Source: Candidatus Kaiserbacteria bacterium
GTDB taxonomy: Bacteria; Patescibacteriota; Minisyncoccia; Phycocordibacterales; Phycocordibacteraceae
Direction: 5' to 3'
DNA length: 64,000 nucleotides
NCBI GenBank assembly: GCA_023264445.1
Contig: JAHFMN010000002.1
Coordinates: 2,365 to 66,364, forward strand
A program made the position numbers and the translations under genes. Position 1 is the stretch's first letter; the number at the start of each line of letters is the position of its first letter. Positions 30,331 through 39,624 of the stretch are shown piece by piece. Under the pieces are notes generated by a model. It did no database searches. It had not been told where the DNA came from and worked only from the letters and a program-made list of their open reading frames with translations.

Positions 30331-31974
30331 CATCCTTTCAGGCGTGGGGACACCGAGAAGCGTGAGACCGTTCGTCATGGTCTGCACGAACGCGCGGGCG
30401 ACAATCAGTTTATGCGCCTCGTGATCGCCGCCGATGATGCGTTCCTTCGCATAAAAAGAATTCCACTGTCCTGCAAGCTCGGTCAGATAGGTCACGAGGA
30501 GATTCGGGGTAAGCTCCCGTGCGGCGCGTGCGGCTACTTCAGGGAAATGCAACATGACTCGTTCTATATCGTACGGTTCGGCAGGTATATCACCCTTTCC
30601 CTTTTCTCCTGCTTGAGCGAGCACAGAGGCCGCCCGCACAAGCGCGTACTGGAGGTACGGTCCAGAATCACCCTCAAGCGAAAGTGACTTCTCTTCGTCA
30701 AAGACGATATCCGATCCCGGGGCCTGGCGCAGAATCATGTACTTGATCGCACCGATTGCCACCTGCTCGGCGATAAGCGGATCTGGATTCTTCTCACTGG
30801 CCCTTGTGATGATGTCTCGGATAAATTCGGCGGCGGCAATGACATTCCCTTCGCGCGAAGACATCTTCCCCGAGGCAAGCTTTAGAAAACCGGTAGAGAC
30901 ATGAACCGTTTTCTCGGCAAGAACTGGCGCGATGTCGGAAAGCGCTGCGAGTACGGTCCTGAAACGTCCTGTCTGTTCATTCCCAGTAATAACGACTGCC
31001 TGGTCTGACGGCCATCGCTCCTCCTTCAGGAATGCAAGTCCTATATCTTTTGCTTCATACGTCGGCGTATCATGCGAGGTGATGAATACCATCGTATGCA
31101 CGCCTTTCTTCTCTCCGTTGTAGATGATGGCACCATCGCTTTTTTCAAATATCCCTTTTTGCAACCCATCCATCACGATGCGCACGCCGGCTTCAGTCGT
31201 ATCGCTGTCAAAGAATTCAAAATCGAAATGCGTCCCGAGCAATTTCCAGATGCGGCGGAACTCTTCCATAGAAACGTCTCGTCCTTTCCGCCACAATTCC
31301 ATGAGTGCGTGGTCAGTACCCGCATACATCGCCTGATTGAGCGCGTCTATCTCTTCCTTCGCGTTCGGATCAGTCTCATAGGCGCGCGAACCTTCGGTAT
31401 ATGCCGCACCGATTTCTTGAGCGGTCGTCGGATCATCAATGCCGTTTTTTCGCAGTCCCCAGAGCGCCTTCGCGACGTTCGGACCGATATCTCCGCCGAA
31501 GGTATCGCGCGCCACCGTTGCACCGGAATTCTGTATGAGACGTGAGAGTGCCTCGCCTACGACCGTACCGACAAGATGACCGATATGCATCTCCTTGAAT
31601 GCATTCGGATTTGAATATTCGACGAGGATGCGTTTCGCGGTATTCCCGCCACCTTTCCCCCAGTCCGGTCCCTTCGCATCGGCCTCGGCAACCATAAAAT
31701 TGACCGCATCGCGCGCAAGCAGAATATTTATGAAGCCCGGTCCGGCGACTTCTATTCTTGAAACATGATCGCGAAGAGATTCTCGGAGTGCGTGCGCAAG
31801 CTCGTCAGCGAGCTCACGCGGATTCTTACCAAGTGATTTTGCTGCTGCAAGCGCGGCATTCGTCGCATAATCTCCATGTGCTATATCCCCGGGCCGTTCA
31901 ACGACGAACGCGACGGTATCGGCACCCATACGCACCAAAATATCCTTGATGGACTGCCGGATTTGCTCCTCCAT
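30328..31974 (-). CDS. argS: Arginine--tRNA ligase
   Basis: GDYATN, GPGFIN, SNPNAFKEMHIGH, KMSSREG, GPYLQYA motifs. Confidence 0.97.
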   Translation of the reverse strand: MEEQIRQSIKDILVRMGADTVAFVVERPGDIAHGDYATNAALAAAKSLGKNPRELADELAHALRESLRDHVSRIEVAGPGFINILLARDAVNFMVAEADAKGPDWGKGGGNTAKRILVEYSNPNAFKEMHIGHLVGTVVGEALSRLIQNSGATVARDTFGGDIGPNVAKALWGLRKNGIDDPTTAQEIGAAYTEGSRAYETDPNAKEEIDALNQAMYAGTDHALMELWRKGRDVSMEEFRRIWKLLGTHFDFEFFDSDTTEAGVRIVMDGLQKGIFEKSDGAIIYNGEKKGVHTMVFITSHDTPTYEAKDIGLAFLKEERWPSDQAVVITGNEQTGRFRTVLAALSDIAPVLAEKTVHVSTGFLKLASGKMSSREGNVIAAAEFIRDIITRASEKNPDPLIAEQVAIGAIKYMILRQAPGSDIVFDEEKSLSLEGDSGPYLQYALVRAASVLAQAGEKGKGDIPAEPYDIERVMLHFPEVAARAARELTPNLLVTYLTELAGQWNSFYAKERIIGGDHEAHKLIVARAFVQTMTNGLTLLGVPTPERM

Positions 31975-32135
31975 ACGCGCGAGTATACCAATAAAATGAG
32001 GCCTGCCGGAGAGCGGTGGCAGGCCTCGGGAGCCAAGAAGGAGAAAGAAAAGACCCGGTACTTCAGGCATTGGGATTGGAATTCCTGGCCGGTTTCGGGT
32101 TTTTGGTTCCCTCTCCTTCGCGACTATGCCGAATG

Positions 32136-33419
32136 CTATATCTCCTTGAGAGATTCTGCAATAAATGACTCGGGGATAGGGTGTGCAAGCGCAAGTTTTT
32201 TTACCTCTTGCTTCGCATGTTCAACAGTTGCATCATCGCGCTTTGTGAGCACATCTACCATGAGTTCAGCCACTTGCGCAGACTCGGTTTCGCGAAATCC
32301 ACGCGTCGTCATCGCCGGCGTGCCGAAGCGGATGCCGGACGGGTCCATCGGTTTGCGTGTATCGTCTGCAATCGTATTTTTATTGAGCGTGATGCTCGCA
32401 CGATCAAGAAGTGTCTCTGCTTCGCCGCCGGAAATGCCGAATGATGCCCACGCATCAAGCAGGATGAGGTGATTGTCGGAACCGCCAGTGATCATGCGCG
32501 CGCCGTGCTTTTTAAATATCTGCTCCATCGCCTTTGTGTTCGCGAGAATCTGTTTTGCATACCGTTCAAAAGATGGATGCAATGCCTCTTTGAAAGCAAC
32601 TGCCTTTGCGGCTATCTGGTGCATATGCGGGCCGCCCTGTAGCCCCGGGAATACCGCCTTATCTATCTTCTTCGCGATTTCCTCGTCTTCGCGCGTGAGG
32701 ATCATGCCGCCGCGGGGGCCTCGGAGCGTCTTGTGGGTCGTGGTCGTCATGATGTCAAAGCCGTACTCAAACGGATTCTTCGCGGCCTTCCCCGCGATGA
32801 GCCCGGCAATGTGCGCAATATCCATCACGGCCAGTGCTCCGACTTCGCGTGCGATATCAACGAATTTTACATAGTCTAACTCGCGCGGATATGCCGAGAA
32901 ACCAGCGAGTACTATTTTCGGCTTCACTTCCTTCGCGACGCGACGCATGTCGTCGTAATCTATTTCGCCGGTCTCGATGTCTTTCATCTTGTACCGTACG
33001 AAATTAAAAATCTTCGTGAGATAGGTGACCGGATGCCCGTGCGTCAGATGCCCGCCATGCGAGAGATCCATGCCAAGCACCGTATCGCCCGGCTGAAGAA
33101 GGGCGAAATACATCGCGATGTTTGCATTCGCGCCACCAAGCGGCTGGACGTTCGCATAGGAGGCACCGAAGAGCTTTTTTGCTCGCTCAATCGCGAGCAT
33201 TTCTACAGCGTCGGTAAATTCTTGCCCGCCGTAGTATCGCTTTCCCGGATACCCTTCCGAGTATTTGTTCGTGAGCGATGACGCCATTGCCTCCTTCACG
33301 GCGCGCGAGACGTAATTTTCCGATGGGATGAGTTCCAATCCCTCCGCCTGCCGCTTCTCCTCCCCCGCAAGCGCCGCAAAGATTTCCGGGTCCTCTTTTT
33401 CGATAAAGGGAAATTCCAT
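32136..33419 (-). CDS. glyA: Serine hydroxymethyltransferase
   Basis: LIPSENY, YSEGYPGKRYYGG, GGHLTHG, TTTTHKTLRGPRGG motifs. Confidence 0.98.
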   Translation of the reverse strand: MEFPFIEKEDPEIFAALAGEEKRQAEGLELIPSENYVSRAVKEAMASSLTNKYSEGYPGKRYYGGQEFTDAVEMLAIERAKKLFGASYANVQPLGGANANIAMYFALLQPGDTVLGMDLSHGGHLTHGHPVTYLTKIFNFVRYKMKDIETGEIDYDDMRRVAKEVKPKIVLAGFSAYPRELDYVKFVDIAREVGALAVMDIAHIAGLIAGKAAKNPFEYGFDIMTTTTHKTLRGPRGGMILTREDEEIAKKIDKAVFPGLQGGPHMHQIAAKAVAFKEALHPSFERYAKQILANTKAMEQIFKKHGARMITGGSDNHLILLDAWASFGISGGEAETLLDRASITLNKNTIADDTRKPMDPSGIRFGTPAMTTRGFRETESAQVAELMVDVLTKRDDATVEHAKQEVKKLALAHPIPESFIAESLKEI

Positions 33420-33512
33420 AGCGGCACTCTAGCATGTTTGACTATTCCTCTACGCTCCGTATGATGCGGCAGGACAACAACTCAACGCAGTTCATTTTAG
33501 GAGGGGCATCGC

Positions 33513-34403
33513 ATGGAAAACATCTACAAACCGCTCGCAGAGCGGACGCCCGATCATCAGTATGTGGATCGGCTTAAATTCATTCTCGAGAACGGTGTCA
33601 TGGTGCGGGATACGCCGCAAGGTGTCGGCGCGCTCACCTGTTTCGGCACGCTCGCGCCGATGGTGTTCGATCTCGCAAACGGCGTTCCGCTCATCACCGA
33701 GCGCAAGCTTGGCTCATGGCGGTTCGCCATCGGCGAGAAGATCGCCTTCATCAACGGCGCACGCACGGTCGATGAGATCGAATCCTATGGCTGCGGCCCA
33801 CGATTCTGGGGCCAGTACCGAGGAGGAGGCACGGCGCTTGGTCTTACACCGGACGACATGGGTCCGGGTTCCTACGGCGCAGCGTTCCATGATTTCGAGG
33901 TGCCAGGTGGCGGAACGCTGAACCAATACGAGCAAGTCGTTGAGCAGATCCGGCTCTATCCGATGATGCGAACCCATCTCGTCACGCCATGGAAGCCGTA
34001 CTACACAGCGCGCGGCCCGAACCGGAAAGTCATCGTGGCGCCCTGCCACGGATGGGTGCATTTCCGCGTCGTCGATGGGAAGCTCCATATGCGCATGGAT
34101 CAGCGTTCTGCGGATATGCCAATCGGCGAGCCGCACAACATGATCCAATACGCAGCGCTTCTGCTCATGGTGTGCCAGGTGACCGGGTACCAGCCCGGCA
34201 ACTACATCCATAGCTTCGCCGACGCGCACATCTACGAGAATCAAATCAAGGATGTGCACGAGCTCGTGAAGCGTCCGCCACGCCCCTCCCCCGTGCTTCG
34301 GCTCGATCCGAGTGTGAAGAACTTGTTCGACTTCCGAGTCGAACATTTCACGCTTGAAGAGTACGATCCGCATCCGGCCATGAATATCTCCTTCAGTCCT
34401 TGA
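33513..34403 (+). CDS. thyA: Thymidylate synthase
   Basis: PCH catalytic Cys; QRSAD; DAHIYENQ; AGGAGG SD. Confidence 0.93.
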   Translation: MENIYKPLAERTPDHQYVDRLKFILENGVMVRDTPQGVGALTCFGTLAPMVFDLANGVPLITERKLGSWRFAIGEKIAFINGARTVDEIESYGCGPRFWGQYRGGGTALGLTPDDMGPGSYGAAFHDFEVPGGGTLNQYEQVVEQIRLYPMMRTHLVTPWKPYYTARGPNRKVIVAPCHGWVHFRVVDGKLHMRMDQRSADMPIGEPHNMIQYAALLLMVCQVTGYQPGNYIHSFADAHIYENQIKDVHELVKRPPRPSPVLRLDPSVKNLFDFRVEHFTLEEYDPHPAMNISFSP

Positions 34404-34420
34404 ACGTCGGCCACGTTCAC

Positions 34421-34448
34421 CCGCCTCCCCCGGAGGCGGTTCTTTTTT
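34421..34448 (+). terminator. thyA terminator
   Basis: CCGCCTCC-CCC-GGAGGCGG followed by a T-tract. Confidence 0.75.
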
Positions 34449-34506
34449 ATCGGATGGCGTGGTATAAGAGCGCCATGATCTTTATAGAAAGCAGGAGGAA
34501 TCACTC

Positions 34507-34983
34507 GTGAAGAAAGCTGGGAATTCGAGGCGGCAGCAAGTAGATGTCAGAAATGCGGAGGTCGTGAAGCGGGACGACTATGCAAAAACGCTCAAAGCCA
34601 TCATTGCGGGCGGGTTCTGTCCGTTCTGCGAAGAACATCTCTTCAGGCACCACTCACGGCCAATCGTGTACAAAAGTAAGCACTGGCTTGTGACGGAAAA
34701 CGCATGGCCGTATGAAGGTTCTCGACATCACTTTCTTTTTATCGCGCGGAAACACGTGGAGAACATCGAGGAATTGTCGGCCACTGCATGGACTGAGTTG
34801 CATGCGATGCATCGCTTTTTGGTGAAGCGGTGTGGATTGAAAGGCGCGACACTCTTCATTCGCTCTGGTGATACAAAATTCACCGGGGCATCCGTGAATC
34901 ACCTGCATGCACAAGTCATCGTCGGCGGGCCGCGAACCAAGAATCCAAGATTTATCAAAGCGCTCGTCGGCTTCAAGCGTTAG
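34507..34983 (+). CDS. HIT/GalT-like nucleotide hydrolase/transferase
   Basis: CPFC, N.WPY, HLHAQ (HxHxQ) motifs. Confidence 0.85.
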   Translation: MKKAGNSRRQQVDVRNAEVVKRDDYAKTLKAIIAGGFCPFCEEHLFRHHSRPIVYKSKHWLVTENAWPYEGSRHHFLFIARKHVENIEELSATAWTELHAMHRFLVKRCGLKGATLFIRSGDTKFTGASVNHLHAQVIVGGPRTKNPRFIKALVGFKR

Positions 34984-35081
34984 AAGTGTTGAAGTTCAAC
35001 CGCCACCGGAAACGGGGCGGTTCGTTTTTTATAAAAAGGACTCCCTCGGCCCGAAGGACGAGGGAGTAATGCATGCAAACC

Positions 35082-35921
35082 TCACATCTGCACACGGATG
35101 ATCTCCACAGCCTTCGCCTGGAGCGTTTCGGCTCCGGCGACAAGCGAGTACCCATCCGCGTAGTAGAGGCGCTTGATGCCTGAAAAGGCCCAGATATTCG
35201 CACAGCCCGGACAAGGGAAGGTTGTAACGTACAGACTGCATCCTCTTGTACAGATCCCGCGGGACGCGGCCGTAGCGAGAAGCACTGCCTCGGCGTGCGC
35301 CGCATTCGAAAGGTCGATGCGCTGACCCGGCTCGAAATTGCTTCGCGGATCGCCCATGAGATACGCGCTCTGCTCGTGCGGCACGTGCTGATTGAAGCCG
35401 GCGAGCAACACGATGCCGTCTTTCACGAGAAGCGCGCCTATCTGCCGCCACCAGTCCGGACTCTGATGTGCCTCCCGGAATGCGGAGCGCATGAGCTCAC
35501 GATCGAGTTCATCGACCGAAACCACGCGTTCGCCTTCCGGCCGCCGGTTCTGGGTGGTGGTGGTCCAGTCCCAGCGAAGTCGCCAACGCCCATCGAACGT
35601 AACCGCCGCACCCGCGAAGTATTCCTTCGCAAGCGCACGCGACACGTCCTCATCCGGCATAACAACGCGCGACTGCCGCACGGTATCGAGCTCCGCCGAA
35701 GTGAGGATGCGAACGTCCGAAAAAATGCCGAGCGCCTGAATCATCTTCTGTGATTCTTGAGGCGCAACCCCCGGCAGATTCCGCACGAGCGGCTGAAACT
35801 TCCGCGTGAACTCCTCGCCGAGCACATACAGAATACTTCCTGCATATGCCCGGAAGAACTTCAGGTAGCCCGCATGCGGCGATGCGACGTATGCAACGAC
35901 GGTGTCATTACCCAATTTCAT
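35082..35921 (-). CDS. dCMP deaminase-like protein with an extra N-terminal domain
   Basis: HAE and PCPGC zinc motifs; N-terminal SPHAGY segment resembles a degenerate HxGH fold. Confidence 0.85.
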   Translation of the reverse strand: MKLGNDTVVAYVASPHAGYLKFFRAYAGSILYVLGEEFTRKFQPLVRNLPGVAPQESQKMIQALGIFSDVRILTSAELDTVRQSRVVMPDEDVSRALAKEYFAGAAVTFDGRWRLRWDWTTTTQNRRPEGERVVSVDELDRELMRSAFREAHQSPDWWRQIGALLVKDGIVLLAGFNQHVPHEQSAYLMGDPRSNFEPGQRIDLSNAAHAEAVLLATAASRGICTRGCSLYVTTFPCPGCANIWAFSGIKRLYYADGYSLVAGAETLQAKAVEIIRVQM

Positions 35922-36588
35922 CGCGGACCTCCTTCAGTATAGCGATGAGCCTTCCTTCGATCTTCAGGAGAAGACTGGCGGCCCCATCGAAGGAGAGACG
36001 TCTGATGCGTGCCGTCGTGCTCGTTTCCGCTTGCGGCGGAAGATTCACGATATGCACGCACTGCTCCTGCATCATCGCGAGCCCCGGCAAGTCCTTGGTC
36101 GACTGGGAGATGATTCGCACATCATGCTTCACGACCTTGAACAGCTGGTCGGCTTCGTACTGCGGGGTGATGATATCTACCGACCGCAAATGTCTCAGCA
36201 CGCGAGCCCGTTCATCTTCCGGCACAATCGGCCGATCGGGACCCTTGCGCAACTTCGTGAAGGCATCGGTGTCGATACCGACGACCATGATGATGTATTC
36301 CGCGTCCGGGTAGAGTTTCCGTGCTTCCTCTTTCCCTTTCTCGATATAGTCACCATGACCGATGTGGAACAAGTCCCACACGCCGGTTGAGAATACGATG
36401 ATGCAGCCCATAGACCGCAACATCTCGATCATTTGCACCAATACCGCATGGTCTGCAACGAACCGTTCTTCGAACGGAATCGTGAAGGACGTCGTCGTCT
36501 TGAGAATACGCGAGACGCGCCTATTCAGCTGATTGATTTCAGCCGGAGACCGCTTCCCTTCGTACAGTTCAACAGATTCATTACCCAT
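35908..36588 (-). CDS. Cytidylyltransferase-like (HxGH) nucleotidyltransferase
   Basis: GVWDLFHIGH, KGPDRPIVPEDER, TSTT motifs (RfaE-II/TagD-like). Confidence 0.88.
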   Translation of the reverse strand: MGNESVELYEGKRSPAEINQLNRRVSRILKTTTSFTIPFEERFVADHAVLVQMIEMLRSMGCIIVFSTGVWDLFHIGHGDYIEKGKEEARKLYPDAEYIIMVVGIDTDAFTKLRKGPDRPIVPEDERARVLRHLRSVDIITPQYEADQLFKVVKHDVRIISQSTKDLPGLAMMQEQCVHIVNLPPQAETSTTARIRRLSFDGAASLLLKIEGRLIAILKEVRDEIG

Positions 36589-36763
36589 CTTCGAGTCCTC
36601 CGGTGGTTGAGTTTCGAGGTACTGTCCGGCCGTACTGTACGCGCGAAATGGGCATGGTGCAACCGTTGACGTTCTAGCCGCCTTGGGTGAGTATGCGGGC
36701 AGAAATCTGTACGAATGACTGTTTCAAATCGGCCTACCTATCCATCCTTTTGAGGAGAGCTCC

Positions 36764-37282
36764 ATGCAATCAGCCAGCGGTCTTTCGCTTATCGTCGCGA
36801 TGACGCCGGAGCGTGTTATCGGCAAGGACAACGCTCTGCCCTGGCGCATCCCAAGCGACCTGCGGCGATTCAAAGACATAACAACCGGACATCCGGTTAT
36901 TATGGGGCGCAAGAATTGGGAATCGATTCCGTTGAAGTTTCGTCCGCTTCCGGGAAGGACGAACATCGTGCTCACGCGCCAGCCGGGGTATGCGACACAC
37001 GGCGGGGTGGTTGTCGGTTCGATTGAAGATGCTCGCGCGATTGCCTTTCAATCCCCCGGCGCCGAAGAAGTGTTCGTCATCGGCGGCGAGGAAATCTATC
37101 GGGCATTCTTGCCGCAGATGCAGAAGGCATACGTCACGCTGATCGACGCTTTCGTTGCAGGCGATGTGCACTTCCCCGAAATGCCGTCATCCGAGTGGTT
37201 GCTCGTTTCCGAAACCGAAACGAAGAAGTGGAATGAGAACGACCAGCATCCCTACTCATTTCGCATCTACGAACGAAGATGA
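36764..37282 (+). CDS. folA: Dihydrofolate reductase
   Basis: IGKDNALPW, D..RFK, MGRK, RPLPGR.NIVL, IGGEEIY motifs. Confidence 0.97.
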   Translation: MQSASGLSLIVAMTPERVIGKDNALPWRIPSDLRRFKDITTGHPVIMGRKNWESIPLKFRPLPGRTNIVLTRQPGYATHGGVVVGSIEDARAIAFQSPGAEEVFVIGGEEIYRAFLPQMQKAYVTLIDAFVAGDVHFPEMPSSEWLLVSETETKKWNENDQHPYSFRIYERR

Positions 37283-37300
37283 AAATGGAGAGGAGAAAGC

Positions 37301-37325
37301 AAAACGGCGCCTTCGGCGCCGTTTT
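37301..37325. terminator. Terminator between folA and rplK
   Basis: AAAACGGCGCC-TTC-GGCGCCGTTTT. Confidence 0.75.
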
Positions 37326-37340
37326 CATTTGTTCAAAAAC

Positions 37341-37428
37341 CTACTTCACGTCGACCCACGCATACTTTTCTGCTGAAAAGTTGTGCGGGCCCGCCTCGGC
37401 TCGTCAGCCTCCGGCCGGTCGACGTTTC
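37341..37428 (-). repeat. Target-flanked structured element downstream of rplK
   Basis: Direct copy of the rplK 3' end (TTCACGTCGACCC at 37345 and 37433) and an inverted copy GGTCGACGT at 37417. Confidence 0.65.
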
Positions 37429-37848
37429 TTATTTCACGTCGACCCCCATTGAGCGAGCGGTGCCGGCGATGATGCGCGCGGCCGCTTCCGGAGAACTTGC
37501 ATTCAAGTCTGGCATTTTCTCTTCGACGATTGCCGCAATCTGCGCCTTCGTGATGGTACCGACCTTTGTCTCCTTCGCCTTGCCGGAGCCCTTCTCGAGA
37601 CCGAGCGCCTTGAGGATGAGGCGCGAGGCCGGCGGGTTCTTCATGATGAAGGTGAACGAGCGGTCGTCGTAGACCGAGAGCTCTATCGGGATGATCGTCC
37701 CACGTTTGTCCTTCGTCGCCTCATTAAACTGGGTCACGAATTGGCCGATATTCACGCCAGCAGGGCCAAGCGCGGTACCGACCGGAGGCGCCGGCGTCGC
37801 CGCGCCGCCCGGAATCTGGAGCTTTATCTTCTTAACAACGGTAGCCAT
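37429..37848 (-). CDS. rplK: 50S ribosomal protein L11
   Basis: [13 protein letters not shown]...[11 protein letters not shown] motifs. Confidence 0.98.
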   Translation of the reverse strand: MATVVKKIKLQIPGGAATPAPPVGTALGPAGVNIGQFVTQFNEATKDKRGTIIPIELSVYDDRSFTFIMKNPPASRLILKALGLEKGSGKAKETKVGTITKAQIAAIVEEKMPDLNASSPEAAARIIAGTARSMGVDVK

Positions 37849-37866
37849 ATATAGAGCGACTGTACG

Positions 37867-38505
37867 CTAGAGTTTACGAATTTGCAAAAAGTCGAGTTCG
37901 ACCGGCGTTTCGCGCCCGAACATCGAGACCATGACCTTTACCTTGCCGCGGTCTTCATCGATCTCTCCCACCTTACCCTCAAGGTCCTTGAACGGGCCGT
38001 CGGCAATGACGATAGGATCGTCTTTCACGAGGTCGATGCGATGCTTCGGCGCCTCCGCCGTCATACGCTTCATGAGCGAGGCGACTTCGGATTCTTCCAT
38101 CGGAACTGGCGTATTGCCGGAGCCAACGAAGCCGGTTACTCTCGGTGTGTTGCGCACCACGAACCACGAGTCATCATCGACGATCATGCGCACGAGAATG
38201 TAGCCGGGATAGATTTTCTCTTCCTCGACAATGCGCTTGCCGCCCTTCACGCGGATCTTCTTCTCCGTCGGCACAATGACGTCAAATATCTTCCCTTCCA
38301 TACCGAGCGACTCGATGCGCTGCTTTAGATTGCGCTCCACGGCATTCTCGTAGCCAGCATAGGTGTGGATGGTGTACCAACGCGCATCTTCCTCGCGAGG
38401 AAGCGTCTCATCGCGCACTTCCTTGCGCACAGTCGGCGCGATGTCGGCCATGCCGATTTCCTCTGGCAAATCCGCTTCCCCGCTGTGCATGAGATTTTCG
38501 TCCAT
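37867..38505 (-). CDS. nusG: Transcription factor NusG
   Basis: WYTIHTYAGYE, YPGYILV, KOW domain, FGRETPVELDF. Confidence 0.97.
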   Translation of the reverse strand: MDENLMHSGEADLPEEIGMADIAPTVRKEVRDETLPREEDARWYTIHTYAGYENAVERNLKQRIESLGMEGKIFDVIVPTEKKIRVKGGKRIVEEEKIYPGYILVRMIVDDDSWFVVRNTPRVTGFVGSGNTPVPMEESEVASLMKRMTAEAPKHRIDLVKDDPIVIADGPFKDLEGKVGEIDEDRGKVKVMVSMFGRETPVELDFLQIRKL

Positions 38506-38515
38506 AGAGATACAA

Positions 38516-38701
38516 TTACGCGCTGGCAATCTGGCTCACTACCAAGCCGAAGAGGTAATCAAGAAGACCAACGAGAAGGGCGATAGCAATCGCGATGAAA
38601 ATGACGACAAGCGTATGCGAGAGTGCTGTCCGATTGCTCGGCCAGACAATGTGAGTGAACTCTTCGCGCACATGTTTCAGATAGCTGAATGGCGAGGTCA
38701 T
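38516..38701 (-). CDS. secE: Preprotein translocase subunit SecE
   Basis: EF..IVWP motif plus a single TM ending LLD; upstream of nusG. Confidence 0.92.
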   Translation of the reverse strand: MTSPFSYLKHVREEFTHIVWPSNRTALSHTLVVIFIAIAIALLVGLLDYLFGLVVSQIASA

Positions 38702-38883
38702 GACAGATGTCGCATTACTAAATAAAAAAGCCCTGCGGGCTTCGATAGCGCCAGTATAGCAGAACGCCAAAACGCGTCAACACCTTTACTCTAAAGTAAA
38801 CAAAAAGCCCCCAATGCCGAAGCAAAGGGGGTAGGCCGGGAGAGCCAAAGTTCCCAAGGGCCAAAGTGCAAAAATCCGAAGAC

Positions 38884-39480
38884 CTAAGCCCCAGAGACCT
38901 TGCGAACGGCGAGGAAGCGACAACCCACACTCCAGCCGCTGCCGAACCATAGGAGGTCGAGGTCACACTCGGAATCGCTCCGAGGGAGGTACGGCACGCT
39001 GCGATTGCCACGGACCTCCGCGACCGAGCCTAGGCCGATGATTGGGAACTTGCGCTGTTCGTCGGGGTATTTCTCCCCGAAGCAGAGCAGGTGCTCGATT
39101 CTTGCCGGTTCCCAGCCCGCTTTCTTCATCGCTTCAATCGCTTTCTCCGAGGAGATGTTGTGGTTGAAGTGGAAGTAGCGGCTCTCGAACTCCACCATGT
39201 CCTCCCCTTCGAGCGGGAAGCGCTTCGCTGTGATGTCGCTGTTCTTCCAGTCGTAGCGACCGGCGGCGATCATCTCTTCGAGGGAACGGTCGTAGTCGAT
39301 GGTGAGGGGGATGGTGAGGGGGAAGGTGTTGGGGGTGGGCGTGACGTGCTCAAATGGATTCTTCCGCTGATTGAATAGTGCGAGTTCGTCGAGAGTGATA
39401 CCTCCCTTGCGGATTTTGCATGCAAGGTCTTCCCACAATCCAGCCAAGCGTTCGCCCGGCAAAGTCACGGCGTTAGCCAT
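38884..39480 (-). CDS. Putative DGR target protein (second variable-region type)
   Basis: C-terminus RSVPYLPRSDSECDLDLLWFGSGWSVGCRFLAVRK, a CLec-like tail ending RFLAVR; AGGAG SD. Confidence 0.7.
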   Translation of the reverse strand: MANAVTLPGERLAGLWEDLACKIRKGGITLDELALFNQRKNPFEHVTPTPNTFPLTIPLTIDYDRSLEEMIAAGRYDWKNSDITAKRFPLEGEDMVEFESRYFHFNHNISSEKAIEAMKKAGWEPARIEHLLCFGEKYPDEQRKFPIIGLGSVAEVRGNRSVPYLPRSDSECDLDLLWFGSGWSVGCRFLAVRKVSGA

Positions 39481-39501
39481 GTGTTTCTCCTGTAATGAGC
39501 T

Positions 39502-39570
39502 ATCCTGAATGCGGGGAATCCCGCACTCATTAGCTTTTTCAATAATACACCTAATAACCTATATTGTCAA
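39502..39570 (-). promoter_or_regulatory. Sigma70 promoter and leader hairpin, shared with the 22270 gene
   Basis: TTGACA (39565-70), 17-nt spacer, TATTAT (39542-47), leader CTAATGAGTGCGGGATTCCCCGCATTCAGGAT. Confidence 0.75.
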
Positions 39571-39624
39571 TGGATAGAAAAGCCCGTGAATACGGGATTT
39601 TCTGACATTATTTCAAGACTCTCG

